From Candidatus Saccharimonadota bacterium (GTDB taxonomy: Bacteria; Patescibacteriota; Microgenomatia; UBA1406; GWC2-37-13), in NCBI GenBank assembly GCA_016700135.1, contig CP065004.1, forward strand, positions 1,080,001-1,112,000: DNA of 32,000 nucleotides, given 5' to 3'. Below the pieces are notes generated by a model. That model saw nothing but the letters and a program-made list of their open reading frames with translations, did no database searches and was not told the origin of the DNA. Of this stretch, positions 16,287 through 26,949 are shown piece by piece (position 1 is the stretch's first letter; every line of letters begins with the position of its first letter). The position numbers were made by a program, and so were the translations under genes.

Positions 16287-17684
16287 TCACTCCACGATCT
16301 TTGCACCCATGTCGAGGATCATCTTTTTAATCTGTGTTTCTTTCTCGTTGACTACATCAGAAGTCTTACCTTCGACGTTCAGTCTGATAACGGGTTCCGT
16401 ATTTGAACTTCGGACACTGAAACGCCATTCTGGATATGTGATTGCGATACCGTCAAGCGTGCTTAACTCTCCGTCGGCAAATGTTTCCTTTAGTTTTTCA
16501 GTCACTTGAGAAGAAGTAGTATCCCCTTCGAGCTCAAAATTCGTTTCTCCCGATTCGACAGATGTCTCAAGGTCAAGCAGAATTTCCGAGATCGGTTTCT
16601 TTTCCCTTGCAAGAACACGAAGCACGTACAGGATTACCCGAATGGTACTCTCACAGCCGCCCATGGAACGGAAATAATAGTGACCTGATGATTCACCTGC
16701 AAATACCGCATCTTCGGCATTTACCTGTTTGGTGATCAATGCATGACCGACAGGCGTATATCCTACTTCTCCTCCCATCTGTTTCACAATGTCTTCAACA
16801 TTTCTGATGTATCGGATATCAACGAGAACCCGGGAACCCGGTTCATCCCGTAGGATTTCTCCGGCAATTAGGGTCGTTATCAGAGTTGCGGGAATGATCT
16901 CTCCTTTTTCGTTTATAAACATCGCGCGGTCTGCATCACCGTCGGTACAGATCCCCAGATCTGCTCCAGTTTCCTTTACCTTATCCTGAAGTTGTCTCAA
17001 TGTTTTGTGCTGCAAAGGATCTGCCTGATGTGCCGGAAAGGTCCCGTCAAGTTCGAAATTGATTGTGATGAACTCGGTATCAAGTCTGTCAAACATCTCC
17101 TTTAGAGGAATTATTCCCATCGCGTTGGCGGGATCGGCTACTATTTTGAGTTCAGAGATATCGCCTACATCAATCGCATCCATCGCTTTGTTTACTTCTT
17201 CCTGAATGATGTTCGGTTTCTCTTCAGTGGTACCGTCATACGTGTATTCACTGAATTGTTTGTTCGTCGCAAGTTCTGTAATTTTCGGCATTCCTGTTTC
17301 CTTGCCGATTTTGACGATACTGTCACCGTCACGTCTCACGATTTTGATACCGTTGTAGTCTTTGGGATTGTGAGATGCACTGATCTGGATACCGGCATCG
17401 TAATCATATTGTTTGACGGTAAAATATACTGTCGGAGTCGATACCAGACCGACATCAATGACATGAGCACCTGATTTTTTCAATGTTTCTTTTGCAATTT
17501 CATGAAGTGCGGGTGATGAAAGCCTCATATCCCGGCCGAGAACTATAGAAAAATCCTTCTTGCCGATTTCTTCTGCCAGAAATGTGTAGATGGCGCGCAT
17601 GATATCCTCCATTACTTCTTCATTGATTTGAGCCGGATAAATGCCCCGGATGTCATATGCTTTAAAAATTTTGGTATCGATCAT
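16287..17684 (-). CDS. Phosphomannomutase/phosphoglucomutase (alpha-D-phosphohexomutase)
   Basis: FKAYDIRGIY at the N-terminus, active-site loop ISASHNPKDYNGIK, metal loop CTDGDADR, sugar loop GESSGH. Confidence 0.88.
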   Translation of the reverse strand: MIDTKIFKAYDIRGIYPAQINEEVMEDIMRAIYTFLAEEIGKKDFSIVLGRDMRLSSPALHEIAKETLKKSGAHVIDVGLVSTPTVYFTVKQYDYDAGIQISASHNPKDYNGIKIVRRDGDSIVKIGKETGMPKITELATNKQFSEYTYDGTTEEKPNIIQEEVNKAMDAIDVGDISELKIVADPANAMGIIPLKEMFDRLDTEFITINFELDGTFPAHQADPLQHKTLRQLQDKVKETGADLGICTDGDADRAMFINEKGEIIPATLITTLIAGEILRDEPGSRVLVDIRYIRNVEDIVKQMGGEVGYTPVGHALITKQVNAEDAVFAGESSGHYYFRSMGGCESTIRVILYVLRVLAREKKPISEILLDLETSVESGETNFELEGDTTSSQVTEKLKETFADGELSTLDGIAITYPEWRFSVRSSNTEPVIRLNVEGKTSDVVNEKETQIKKMILDMGAKIVE

Positions 17685-17743
17685 AATAAAAATTAATTAG
17701 TAATGAATTCTTTGTAAGTTGCTATATTGTACTACTTTTTTCG

Positions 17744-18442
17744 TTACTTCAGATAATAGCAGACCAAAAGTTCAACGGATTTCTTCAGATCATAGGGAGT
17801 AGTATTTGTTTTCATCGAAGTATCAATCCTTGCCAGTCCTTCATAAAATTTCATCAGTTTTTGAGTGTCCCATTTTTTTGCCTGAAACGAAATTCTGCCG
17901 CGCTGCCAGGGAGGAGTTTTAGTATCGATTATCCCTTCCGACGCAAGATACAGCTTACGGACATGACGGCAGAGAAGCGCGTATATGAAGCCCATATCCT
18001 GGGAAGCATTCACTATCTCCAGGGATCTGAGAAAATCTTCAAGATTTCCCGGATAACAGGCATCAAGCAGTTCAAAAATAGTTTTTTCTGGTTTTGCTTC
18101 ATAAAAAGTTGTAGCAATTTTTTTTATGGTGGCAAGATCATATGAGGATTTTCCCTCTTCCCAGTCAATAAGATGGATGACAGAACTTTTAGCGATTTGC
18201 TGTACGGCATCTTTGTAAGGGGTTTTTGCACGGCCTTTGTATTTTGATGAAGCATTCTCGGTGATGTAAACGGATTCCTGCCCGAATAAATTAGTGACAC
18301 CGTCCGCATTTTTCAAAAGATCGGGAATATCTGCTATCGCCACAAGATCTATGCTGTATCCCTTTTGTTTGTACTGCTCTTTGAGCTCCTGCAGCTTTTC
18401 TCTTGACCTGATGGTATCCTCACCTGCAATAATCGTAAGCAT
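17744..18442 (-). CDS. Possible DNA polymerase III delta subunit (HolA-like), short
   Basis: The N-terminal MLTIIAGEDTIRSREKLQELKEQY...NLFGQESVYITEN resembles the HolA N-domain pattern. The assignment rests on weak similarity only. Confidence 0.4.
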   Translation of the reverse strand: MLTIIAGEDTIRSREKLQELKEQYKQKGYSIDLVAIADIPDLLKNADGVTNLFGQESVYITENASSKYKGRAKTPYKDAVQQIAKSSVIHLIDWEEGKSSYDLATIKKIATTFYEAKPEKTIFELLDACYPGNLEDFLRSLEIVNASQDMGFIYALLCRHVRKLYLASEGIIDTKTPPWQRGRISFQAKKWDTQKLMKFYEGLARIDTSMKTNTTPYDLKKSVELLVCYYLK

Positions 18443-18546
18443 GAGGACATTATATCGTATATCTCAAAACGTGTACTTAAAGCATAAACGATAATCTTTC
18501 GATTCACCTCGTTGCACGACACGCGATATACGATATACTGAAAAGT

Positions 18547-19461
18547 ATGCTTGATTTATTGACTATCGGAACCGTGACCATTGATTTGTACTACAAAGGT
18601 GAATCCATTACGGAGAGCGACGGCCGTCTGGAACTTGCTGTCGGAGGAAAATATTTTGCCGATCATTTTTATGAGGGACTGGGGGGCGGCGGAGCAAACG
18701 TCGCGATCGGTGTTGTAAAGGCAGGTCTGAAGGCCGGAGTGATTGCAAAAATCGGAGAAAATGTTTTTAAAAAAATCATCCTCCAGGAGCTTGAAGATGC
18801 AAACATTGAGTACAAAGATTTGTGCGATATCGAAAAGGAATATATCAATATCTCCTCCATTCTTCTCAATAAAAAGGGTGAGAAAACAGTGATCAACTAC
18901 CGTACTCCGCATCAGCACATAATTGAGAAGGAATCTGACTACGGGAAGCTGCTGAAAGCCAAAAATATGTATATGGCAAACCTGTCGAAGGTTGCTCTTA
19001 CTGAGCGCATTGATATGCTCCGTTTTGCTAAAAAGAATGATGTTCAGGTGTTTGCAAATCTGAATGTGACCGACTGCCGGCGTCCGATTGAACAGATTAT
19101 GCACTTTGTGAGGTATGTTGATGTCATGATCATAAACGGCTACGAATATGCTGATCTCATAAAAAAGCCCTATGAAAGCATTGATTTTGACGAAAATATA
19201 GTGAAAAAATACGCTCCTTTCAATGATGATGATCTTCTGGTCATCACTGACGGGAAAAAGGGCAGTTATGCCTACTATGAAGGGAAAGTATATAAACAGC
19301 CTGCCGTGCAAACAAAAGATGTTGTCGATACGACAGGAGCAGGTGATGCATATACTGCCGCATTTATTGCTTCGTACATAAAGACCAAAGATATAAAACT
19401 CTCCATGAAAGCCGGTGCTGAATATGCAGTGACTATCCTCACCAAAATCGGAGCAAACTGA
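18547..19461 (+). CDS. PfkB-family carbohydrate kinase (ribokinase-like)
   Basis: N-terminal GGGGANVAIG, and the C-terminal DTTGAGDAYTAAFIA signature. Confidence 0.85.
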   Translation: MLDLLTIGTVTIDLYYKGESITESDGRLELAVGGKYFADHFYEGLGGGGANVAIGVVKAGLKAGVIAKIGENVFKKIILQELEDANIEYKDLCDIEKEYINISSILLNKKGEKTVINYRTPHQHIIEKESDYGKLLKAKNMYMANLSKVALTERIDMLRFAKKNDVQVFANLNVTDCRRPIEQIMHFVRYVDVMIINGYEYADLIKKPYESIDFDENIVKKYAPFNDDDLLVITDGKKGSYAYYEGKVYKQPAVQTKDVVDTTGAGDAYTAAFIASYIKTKDIKLSMKAGAEYAVTILTKIGAN

Positions 19462-19546
19462 TTCTTCTCCGACATATCTATTGATAATTGGAATACGGAG
19501 GTATTTTGATATAATATACAAAATACATATTCAATACATATATTAT

Positions 19547-19753
19547 ATGGAAAACCGTTTATTTGTTCCTATCGAGGAGCTACTGAAAGAAAGAGGATTG
19601 AACGAAGCTGATATCTCTCTGCATAAAGCAAGCGGTACTGATCTTCAGGAGCTTTTACAGGCCGATATTTTTTCTCATCACAGTGCATATCGAAATGTGC
19701 CGAGCCAGCAGGACCTTTTTGATGCTGGTCAGCACTGGAGCGATTGGGAGTGA
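19547..19753 (+). CDS. Small hypothetical protein (68 aa)
   Basis: ORF only. The first ATG within the TTG-initiated track ORF is at 19547. A TGaTATAAT box lies at 19506-19514. Confidence 0.35.
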   Translation: MENRLFVPIEELLKERGLNEADISLHKASGTDLQELLQADIFSHHSAYRNVPSQQDLFDAGQHWSDWE

Positions 19754-20239
19754 TCAGGAAAAATTGCTTTGAAAGCAGTATGCCAGTCCGCAGGCTATTG
19801 CATCTGCCTGGTCGTCATCCTTCATTTCGATTTTGTCCGAAAGCGTAAGCTCTATCATTTTTTGTACTGATTTTTTATCAACATTTCCGTAACCGGTGAC
19901 CATTTGCTTGATTTGAAGAGGTGTCAGTCGTTCAATCTGCAAATCATGAACTGATGCAACAAGCTCGATTACACCGATTGCCTGAGCTACTTTTATCACT
20001 GTTTTCTGATTTCTAAACATAAAGAGTTGTTCGATGACCATAACTTTCGGTTGGTGCTTCTCAATCACCTCTTCAAGTTCTTCATATACTTTTTTTAATC
20101 TTTGCTCATGTTTTGATTTTGGGGAAGTTTTTATCAGGTCGGATGTTATATAGGTAAAATCTGAGTTTCCGTTTCCGGTTTTGTCAAAAATGGCATATCC
20201 GACTTTGTCAAATCCGGGATCGATTGAAATAAGTTTCAT
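19754..20239 (-). CDS. ruvC: Crossover junction endodeoxyribonuclease RuvC
   Basis: MKLISIDPGFDKVGYAIFD (catalytic Asp), a central VIEQLF motif, and a C-terminal DDQADAIACGL motif. Confidence 0.88.
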   Translation of the reverse strand: MKLISIDPGFDKVGYAIFDKTGNGNSDFTYITSDLIKTSPKSKHEQRLKKVYEELEEVIEKHQPKVMVIEQLFMFRNQKTVIKVAQAIGVIELVASVHDLQIERLTPLQIKQMVTGYGNVDKKSVQKMIELTLSDKIEMKDDDQADAIACGLAYCFQSNFS

Positions 20240-20261
20240 GTCCTAATGATACAATATCTCC

Positions 20262-21365
20262 ATGGATTATCAAAAAAGAAGACAGCAGATACAATCGCTT
20301 CTTGAGACGCATAATATAGATGCCTATCTTGTTACCGACTTCTACAATATTCTGTATTTGACAGGATTTAAGACACTATCCCCTCATGAGAAGGAAGCAA
20401 AGTTGGTTGTAACGCAAGATACAGTGTACTTTATTACCGATACACGCTACCAAACAGAAGCAATGCAGCATTTCCGGAATAATGAGGATATAAAAGTAAT
20501 GATACAAGGACCGCACCGGACATTTCTTCAGATCTTTGCCGATATTATTGCTGAGCGCACGATTTATAAACTCGGCTTTGAGAAATATGATCTTTCATAT
20601 GCATGGTTTGAATACCTGCAGAAAGCATTGCCGAAACTCAAAGTTGTTCCGTGCACCAATATCATCATGCAGCTTCGGAATCAGAAAGATGAGCATGAAT
20701 TAGAACGTATGAGACGGGCTGCTGAGTATACAGATGAATGTTTGAAGTCTATTGTTCCCTATCTGAAACAGGGAGTACATGAAACTGAAATTATTCATAA
20801 AATGGAAGATTGGCTGAGAGAAAAATCGCTTGAGTTTTCATTTGAGCCTATTGTAGCATTTGACGATCATACTGCTCTACCCCACTATAACAATAAAATG
20901 AGCGACGGTGTTTTAAGTGAGAATTCAATCGTTCTTATTGATATTGGGATCAGGTATAAGGATTATTGCTCGGATATTACACGGATGTTTTTCGTAAGAG
21001 AGCCTTCAGAAGACCAGAAAAAAGCATATGACGAACTTCTGAGTATTCAGAAGAAAACTATTGATTCCATTTATCTGAATATAAAAATGGAAGACATAGA
21101 CGCCGTTGCGAGACAATGGTTATTGAATAAAGGGTATCCCACTATCCCTCACTCCACAGGTCACGGAGTCGGTTTGGAAGTTCACGAGGGTATTCGGGCA
21201 GCACGTACCGTAACCGAGACATTACAAAACAATATGGTATTAACAATAGAACCCGGTATTTATTATGAAAGTAAATGGGGTATGAGAATCGAAGATACTG
21301 TGGCATTTATTGACGGACAGGCTGAAACGTTGACTAAGTTCCCTAAAGAGCTTACCGTGCTGTAA
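20262..21365 (+). CDS. M24-family Xaa-Pro aminopeptidase/dipeptidase
   Basis: Creatinase-like N-domain followed by the pita-bread fold: DIGIRYKDYCSDITR, HSTGHGVGLEVHE, LTIEPGIY, RIEDT. Confidence 0.88.
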   Translation: MDYQKRRQQIQSLLETHNIDAYLVTDFYNILYLTGFKTLSPHEKEAKLVVTQDTVYFITDTRYQTEAMQHFRNNEDIKVMIQGPHRTFLQIFADIIAERTIYKLGFEKYDLSYAWFEYLQKALPKLKVVPCTNIIMQLRNQKDEHELERMRRAAEYTDECLKSIVPYLKQGVHETEIIHKMEDWLREKSLEFSFEPIVAFDDHTALPHYNNKMSDGVLSENSIVLIDIGIRYKDYCSDITRMFFVREPSEDQKKAYDELLSIQKKTIDSIYLNIKMEDIDAVARQWLLNKGYPTIPHSTGHGVGLEVHEGIRAARTVTETLQNNMVLTIEPGIYYESKWGMRIEDTVAFIDGQAETLTKFPKELTVL

Positions 21366-21633
21366 ACAATGCTCTCAGCTGAAAAATAATCTCTTCTATC
21401 AGGTTCGATGGCTGATCTTGTTGAATCCGTTCCGAATCTGTTGACTGTGAAGGAAAAGGCTTCTGTCCCGCCAGCTGCTTTCCTCTGGAAGCTTCCTGTA
21501 ATGATTGTACATATTCTTCGTCAGAAGTAATTCGACCGGCTCGGGAATTGGAAAAGATGTAGGAAAACAGAATGAGAAATGTAGCGATAAGGACAATGAT
21601 GAATAAAAGAGTCCTTCTTCCCAGATGAGCCAT
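21352..21633 (-). CDS. Small membrane-anchored hypothetical protein
   Basis: MAHLGRRTLLFIIVLIATFLILF contains a TM helix. The ATG at 21633 lies 6 nt downstream of TATAAT (21645-21640, minus strand). The track start at 21654 is TTG. Confidence 0.45.
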   Translation of the reverse strand: MAHLGRRTLLFIIVLIATFLILFSYIFSNSRAGRITSDEEYVQSLQEASRGKQLAGQKPFPSQSTDSERIQQDQPSNLIEEIIFQLRALFTAR

Positions 21634-21661
21634 ACCTTTATTATACAAAAACAAAATATTA

Positions 21662-21690
21662 TTGAACCTGAATACACTATAGGTTATAAT
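21662..21690 (+). promoter_or_regulatory. Near-consensus promoter: TTGAAC, 17-nt spacer, TATAAT
   Basis: TTGAAC at 21662-21667 and TATAAT at 21685-21690. The ATG at 21696 is only 5 nt downstream. Confidence 0.6.
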
Positions 21691-21695
21691 ATAGT

Positions 21696-22349
21696 ATGAC
21701 AGAACGATTATCTCAACAAGAAGTTCAGGAAACCGAATACCAGGAATGGCAGCTTTTATCAGATATGCCTCATAGGGACTATTGGGTAGGTGCTGATTAC
21801 AATGATATGTACCGTAACAGGCTTCAGCTGAATGTCCCCCGTTTTGAAAGCATTTGCCGGCAACTGAATCTTCCTCCCGTGGAAATCACTTCTATACCTT
21901 ATACTCCTCCTGCTGAAGAGTATCCTGAAATGGTGAGCCGCGGACTCGCAGCTTGGAAAAAAGCCGCTTTCGGAAGGCCGAGATCAAACAATGACCCTAA
22001 TGCTTTGTTTGACGTGATGTCTATGCCTGAAATTGCCGTAGTGGGTTTACAGGCAGGCTCTGACCTCGGTATGATTCCGGTACCGTTGGGATGGAGGCTC
22101 GGTGTACGTGCACGAAAAATCGAACGCGATATTGCACGATCAGGATATACCCTTACCCCGGAAGAAGAAGATGCATTATTTATCGAAGGATTTAACAATG
22201 CTCTTTGGCAGGGAATACAACGGATACAAAGCCATGAATGGTCAGACACCCGAACTTTCGGTATGCAGTCAAACTCCGCTAAAAATAGTGCTAGTTTTAT
22301 GGTTCAGCAGTTACCGGAGCATTATCGCCGACTGCGGTCGAAATGCTAA
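21696..22349 (+). CDS. Hypothetical protein (orphan cassette 2, gene A)
   Basis: ORF only; no recognisable domain. Confidence 0.5.
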   Translation: MTERLSQQEVQETEYQEWQLLSDMPHRDYWVGADYNDMYRNRLQLNVPRFESICRQLNLPPVEITSIPYTPPAEEYPEMVSRGLAAWKKAAFGRPRSNNDPNALFDVMSMPEIAVVGLQAGSDLGMIPVPLGWRLGVRARKIERDIARSGYTLTPEEEDALFIEGFNNALWQGIQRIQSHEWSDTRTFGMQSNSAKNSASFMVQQLPEHYRRLRSKC

Positions 22350-22639
22350 GTGGTGCGGATTTGTCTTTGAATCAATCGATCGGAACAGTGCTCGGCAGCA
22401 TGTCAGGAGTACAGGTAGTATCAAGTGAAATCATTCAGATGCTGGTCGAAAGAAACACGGATAAGTCACTGGATCCCCGCTTGAGGGAGAGATTAAGTAT
22501 GATTATTTCCAATGCGTGGAGAGCGGAAACGTTTCCTGAGCGTTTTGAACAGGAAACACACGGAATGAACATATGGGCGGAAAAGTCCATACGCGGAATA
22601 CCATATATGGGTCTGCTGATGGAAAAGGATAGGCTCTAG
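22343..22639 (+). CDS. Hypothetical protein (orphan cassette 2, gene B), 3' end replaced by the IS insertion
   Basis: Its ATG overlaps the stop of gene A (ATGCTAA). Part of codon 97, codon 98 and the TAG stop (22632-22639) come from the IS left end. The displaced original 3' end (19 codons plus TAA) continues in frame at 23354-23412. Confidence 0.55.
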   Translation: MLSGADLSLNQSIGTVLGSMSGVQVVSSEIIQMLVERNTDKSLDPRLRERLSMIISNAWRAETFPERFEQETHGMNIWAEKSIRGIPYMGLLMEKDRL

Positions 22640-23346
22640 ACTAGCAGAGTAGTGCTAAACTAGAGGTATGGTTTGTAACAATAGGCCGATATCAAAATAC
22701 AAGAGAAAAAAGATACTATGGTGTTTTGCACACGATCTGAGTGCTACACAGACCTCTGGTATTTTGGGTCTCAACCGCAATACAGTCAACAAATATTACA
22801 ATAATATTCGTCAACTCATATATCATCACCAAGTGCACCAGATGCAACGATATGTTGGTGGTGAGATAGAAATTGATGAATCATACTTTGGACCTCGAAG
22901 GATGAGAGGCAAGTCAAGTAAAAGAGGTCGTGGGACGTCATTTAAGCAGGTAGTATTTGGGATATATGAGCGTCAAGGACGTGTATTTACTCGTATCATT
23001 CCAAACTGTAAAAGAAGAACGCTACATGCTGTTATGAAGGGAAAGATTGACTTGAACAGTACTGTATATTCAGATTCGTGGAGCGGATACAACGGACTTG
23101 TTGATGTCGGGTATGACAAACATTTGAGAATCAATCACAAGAAAAATGAGTTCTCAAATACAAAAGGGGTCCATATCAATGGCATAGAGTCATTCTGGTC
23201 CTTTTGTAAAAGACGTCTCGTTAAGTTCAATGGTGTAAAGAAAAACTTTCCATTACACTTGAAAGAGTGTGAATGGAGATGGAGCAAATCCCCATCGATC
23301 CTTTACAATGAACTATTACAAATTGTTAATGTGCTAGTCTAGAGCC
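22632..23346 (+). mobile_element. IS1595-family insertion sequence, 715 bp, with 15-bp perfect terminal inverted repeats and a 7-bp target-site duplication
   Basis: The left IR GGCTCTAGACTAGCA (22632-22646) is the exact reverse complement of the right IR (23332-23346). AAGGATA occurs immediately outside both ends (22625-22631 and 23347-23353). Confidence 0.85.
22668..23342 (+). CDS. IS1595-family (ISXO2-like DDE) transposase
   Basis: N-terminal HTH-like region, then GGEIEIDESYFG...KRGRGTSFKQVVFGIYERQGRVFT...YSDSWSGY, which is typical of the DDE_Tnp_IS1595 domain. The stop codon lies inside the right IR. Confidence 0.8.
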   Translation: MVCNNRPISKYKRKKILWCFAHDLSATQTSGILGLNRNTVNKYYNNIRQLIYHHQVHQMQRYVGGEIEIDESYFGPRRMRGKSSKRGRGTSFKQVVFGIYERQGRVFTRIIPNCKRRTLHAVMKGKIDLNSTVYSDSWSGYNGLVDVGYDKHLRINHKKNEFSNTKGVHINGIESFWSFCKRRLVKFNGVKKNFPLHLKECEWRWSKSPSILYNELLQIVNVLV

Positions 23347-23431
23347 AAGGATATAAAATACGGTATAGTCAGGAAGCAGCATAACCAACCTCTGGTGCAG
23401 TTAGCTGAATAATTTTTTAACCATTTTTCCC

Positions 23432-23463
23432 AAAAAAAAGCACAGCCGAAGCTGTGCTTTTTT
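23432..23463. terminator. Bidirectional intrinsic terminator (A-run, 8-bp GC-rich stem, tetraloop, T-run)
   Basis: AAAAAAA AGCACAGC CGAA GCTGTGCT TTTTT. On the minus strand the loop reads UUCG and 8 U residues follow. It serves both the 23S transcript (-) and the restored orphan gene (+). Confidence 0.8.
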
Positions 23464-23515
23464 ATTGTCATTCAAACCTATGTCTTTTTGACGTAAACCT
23501 TCTCCTTCTCTGTTT

Positions 23516-26431
<2,916 letters not shown>

Positions 26432-26647
26432 AAAATTTTCCTTTCGGAAATTTAAACGGTGTTGAATGAAAGGAATTCATTCAACGAAAGATGGCCTACG
26501 TCTTTTCATGTTTCTTACAACAACACAAAATGTGTTGTGTATTCTAAAAAAGACCTTAAATCTGAACGATTTGTTAAAGTTCGTCTTCTTTTTCGCTGCT
26601 TGTTATAGATAGTTATTATTAACTTTCTATGACCAACACCGAAATTG

Positions 26648-26721
26648 TGGACCTGACCGGGCTCGAACCGGTGACCTTCGCATTGCAAATGCGATGTTCT
26701 AGCCAACTGAACTACAGGCCC
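26648..26721 (-). tRNA. tRNA-Ala (anticodon TGC), upstream of the 23S in the same transcription direction
   Basis: GGGCCTG TA GTTC AGTTGGCTA GAAC A TCGCA TTTGCAA TGCGA AGGTC ACCGG TTCGAGC CCGGT CAGGTCC A. It has the G3-U70 alanine identity pair. No CCA is encoded. Confidence 0.9.
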
Positions 26722-26792
26722 AGTCGTATCCGGTCTTGACACTGTTTTTTTGGGTAAAAAAAACACTCGAATGAAATTCAAGCTTAAGGCCA

Positions 26793-26822
26793 ATTTTAAC
26801 CTATGCTTGTTTTAAATGTCAA
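26793..26822 (-). promoter_or_regulatory. Candidate promoter for the tRNA-Ala-23S unit: TTGACA, 18-nt spacer, TAAAAT
   Basis: On the minus strand, TTGACA is at 26822-26817 and TAAAAT at 26798-26793, about 70 nt upstream of tRNA-Ala. Confidence 0.5.
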
Positions 26823-26949
26823 GGGCAATTTGCACGTAACCAGTTTGTATCTTTTGGAGCTGTTGGGAGAGCAGGCTGTGCTTCCGATAGTGCCCTACGG
26901 ATGATTACTGAAAATCATGTATTTGTATGATATCAAACCCTTATATCGC

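Noticed and set aside
18556-19521. A 321-aa ORF on the minus strand spanning the whole pfkB kinase gene.
   Set aside because: It is exactly antisense to a gene with clear PfkB signatures (DTTGAGDAY). Its translation is low-complexity and rich in I, F, C and H, with no motif. It is most likely a shadow ORF in AT-rich coding DNA.
9658-22349. Additional short matches between the two large orphan proteins: DPNAPLDIV versus DPNALFDVM, and LQAG in both.
   Set aside because: These are four-residue identities whose spacing differs greatly between the two proteins, so they are compatible with chance. Only the SLDPR-containing match was kept, as a weak lead.
23347-23515. Possible 5S rRNA downstream of the 23S.
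   Set aside because: The region is accounted for by the displaced in-frame 3' end of the orphan gene (23354-23412), the bidirectional terminator, and a short 23S trailer. I could see nothing resembling the conserved 5S helices. A covariance-model scan would be decisive.
26515-26793. A 92-aa ORF on the minus strand.
   Set aside because: It reads through tRNA-Ala (the peptide ...VVQLARTSHLQCEGHRFEPGQVH is a translated tRNA) and the rRNA spacer. It is not a gene.
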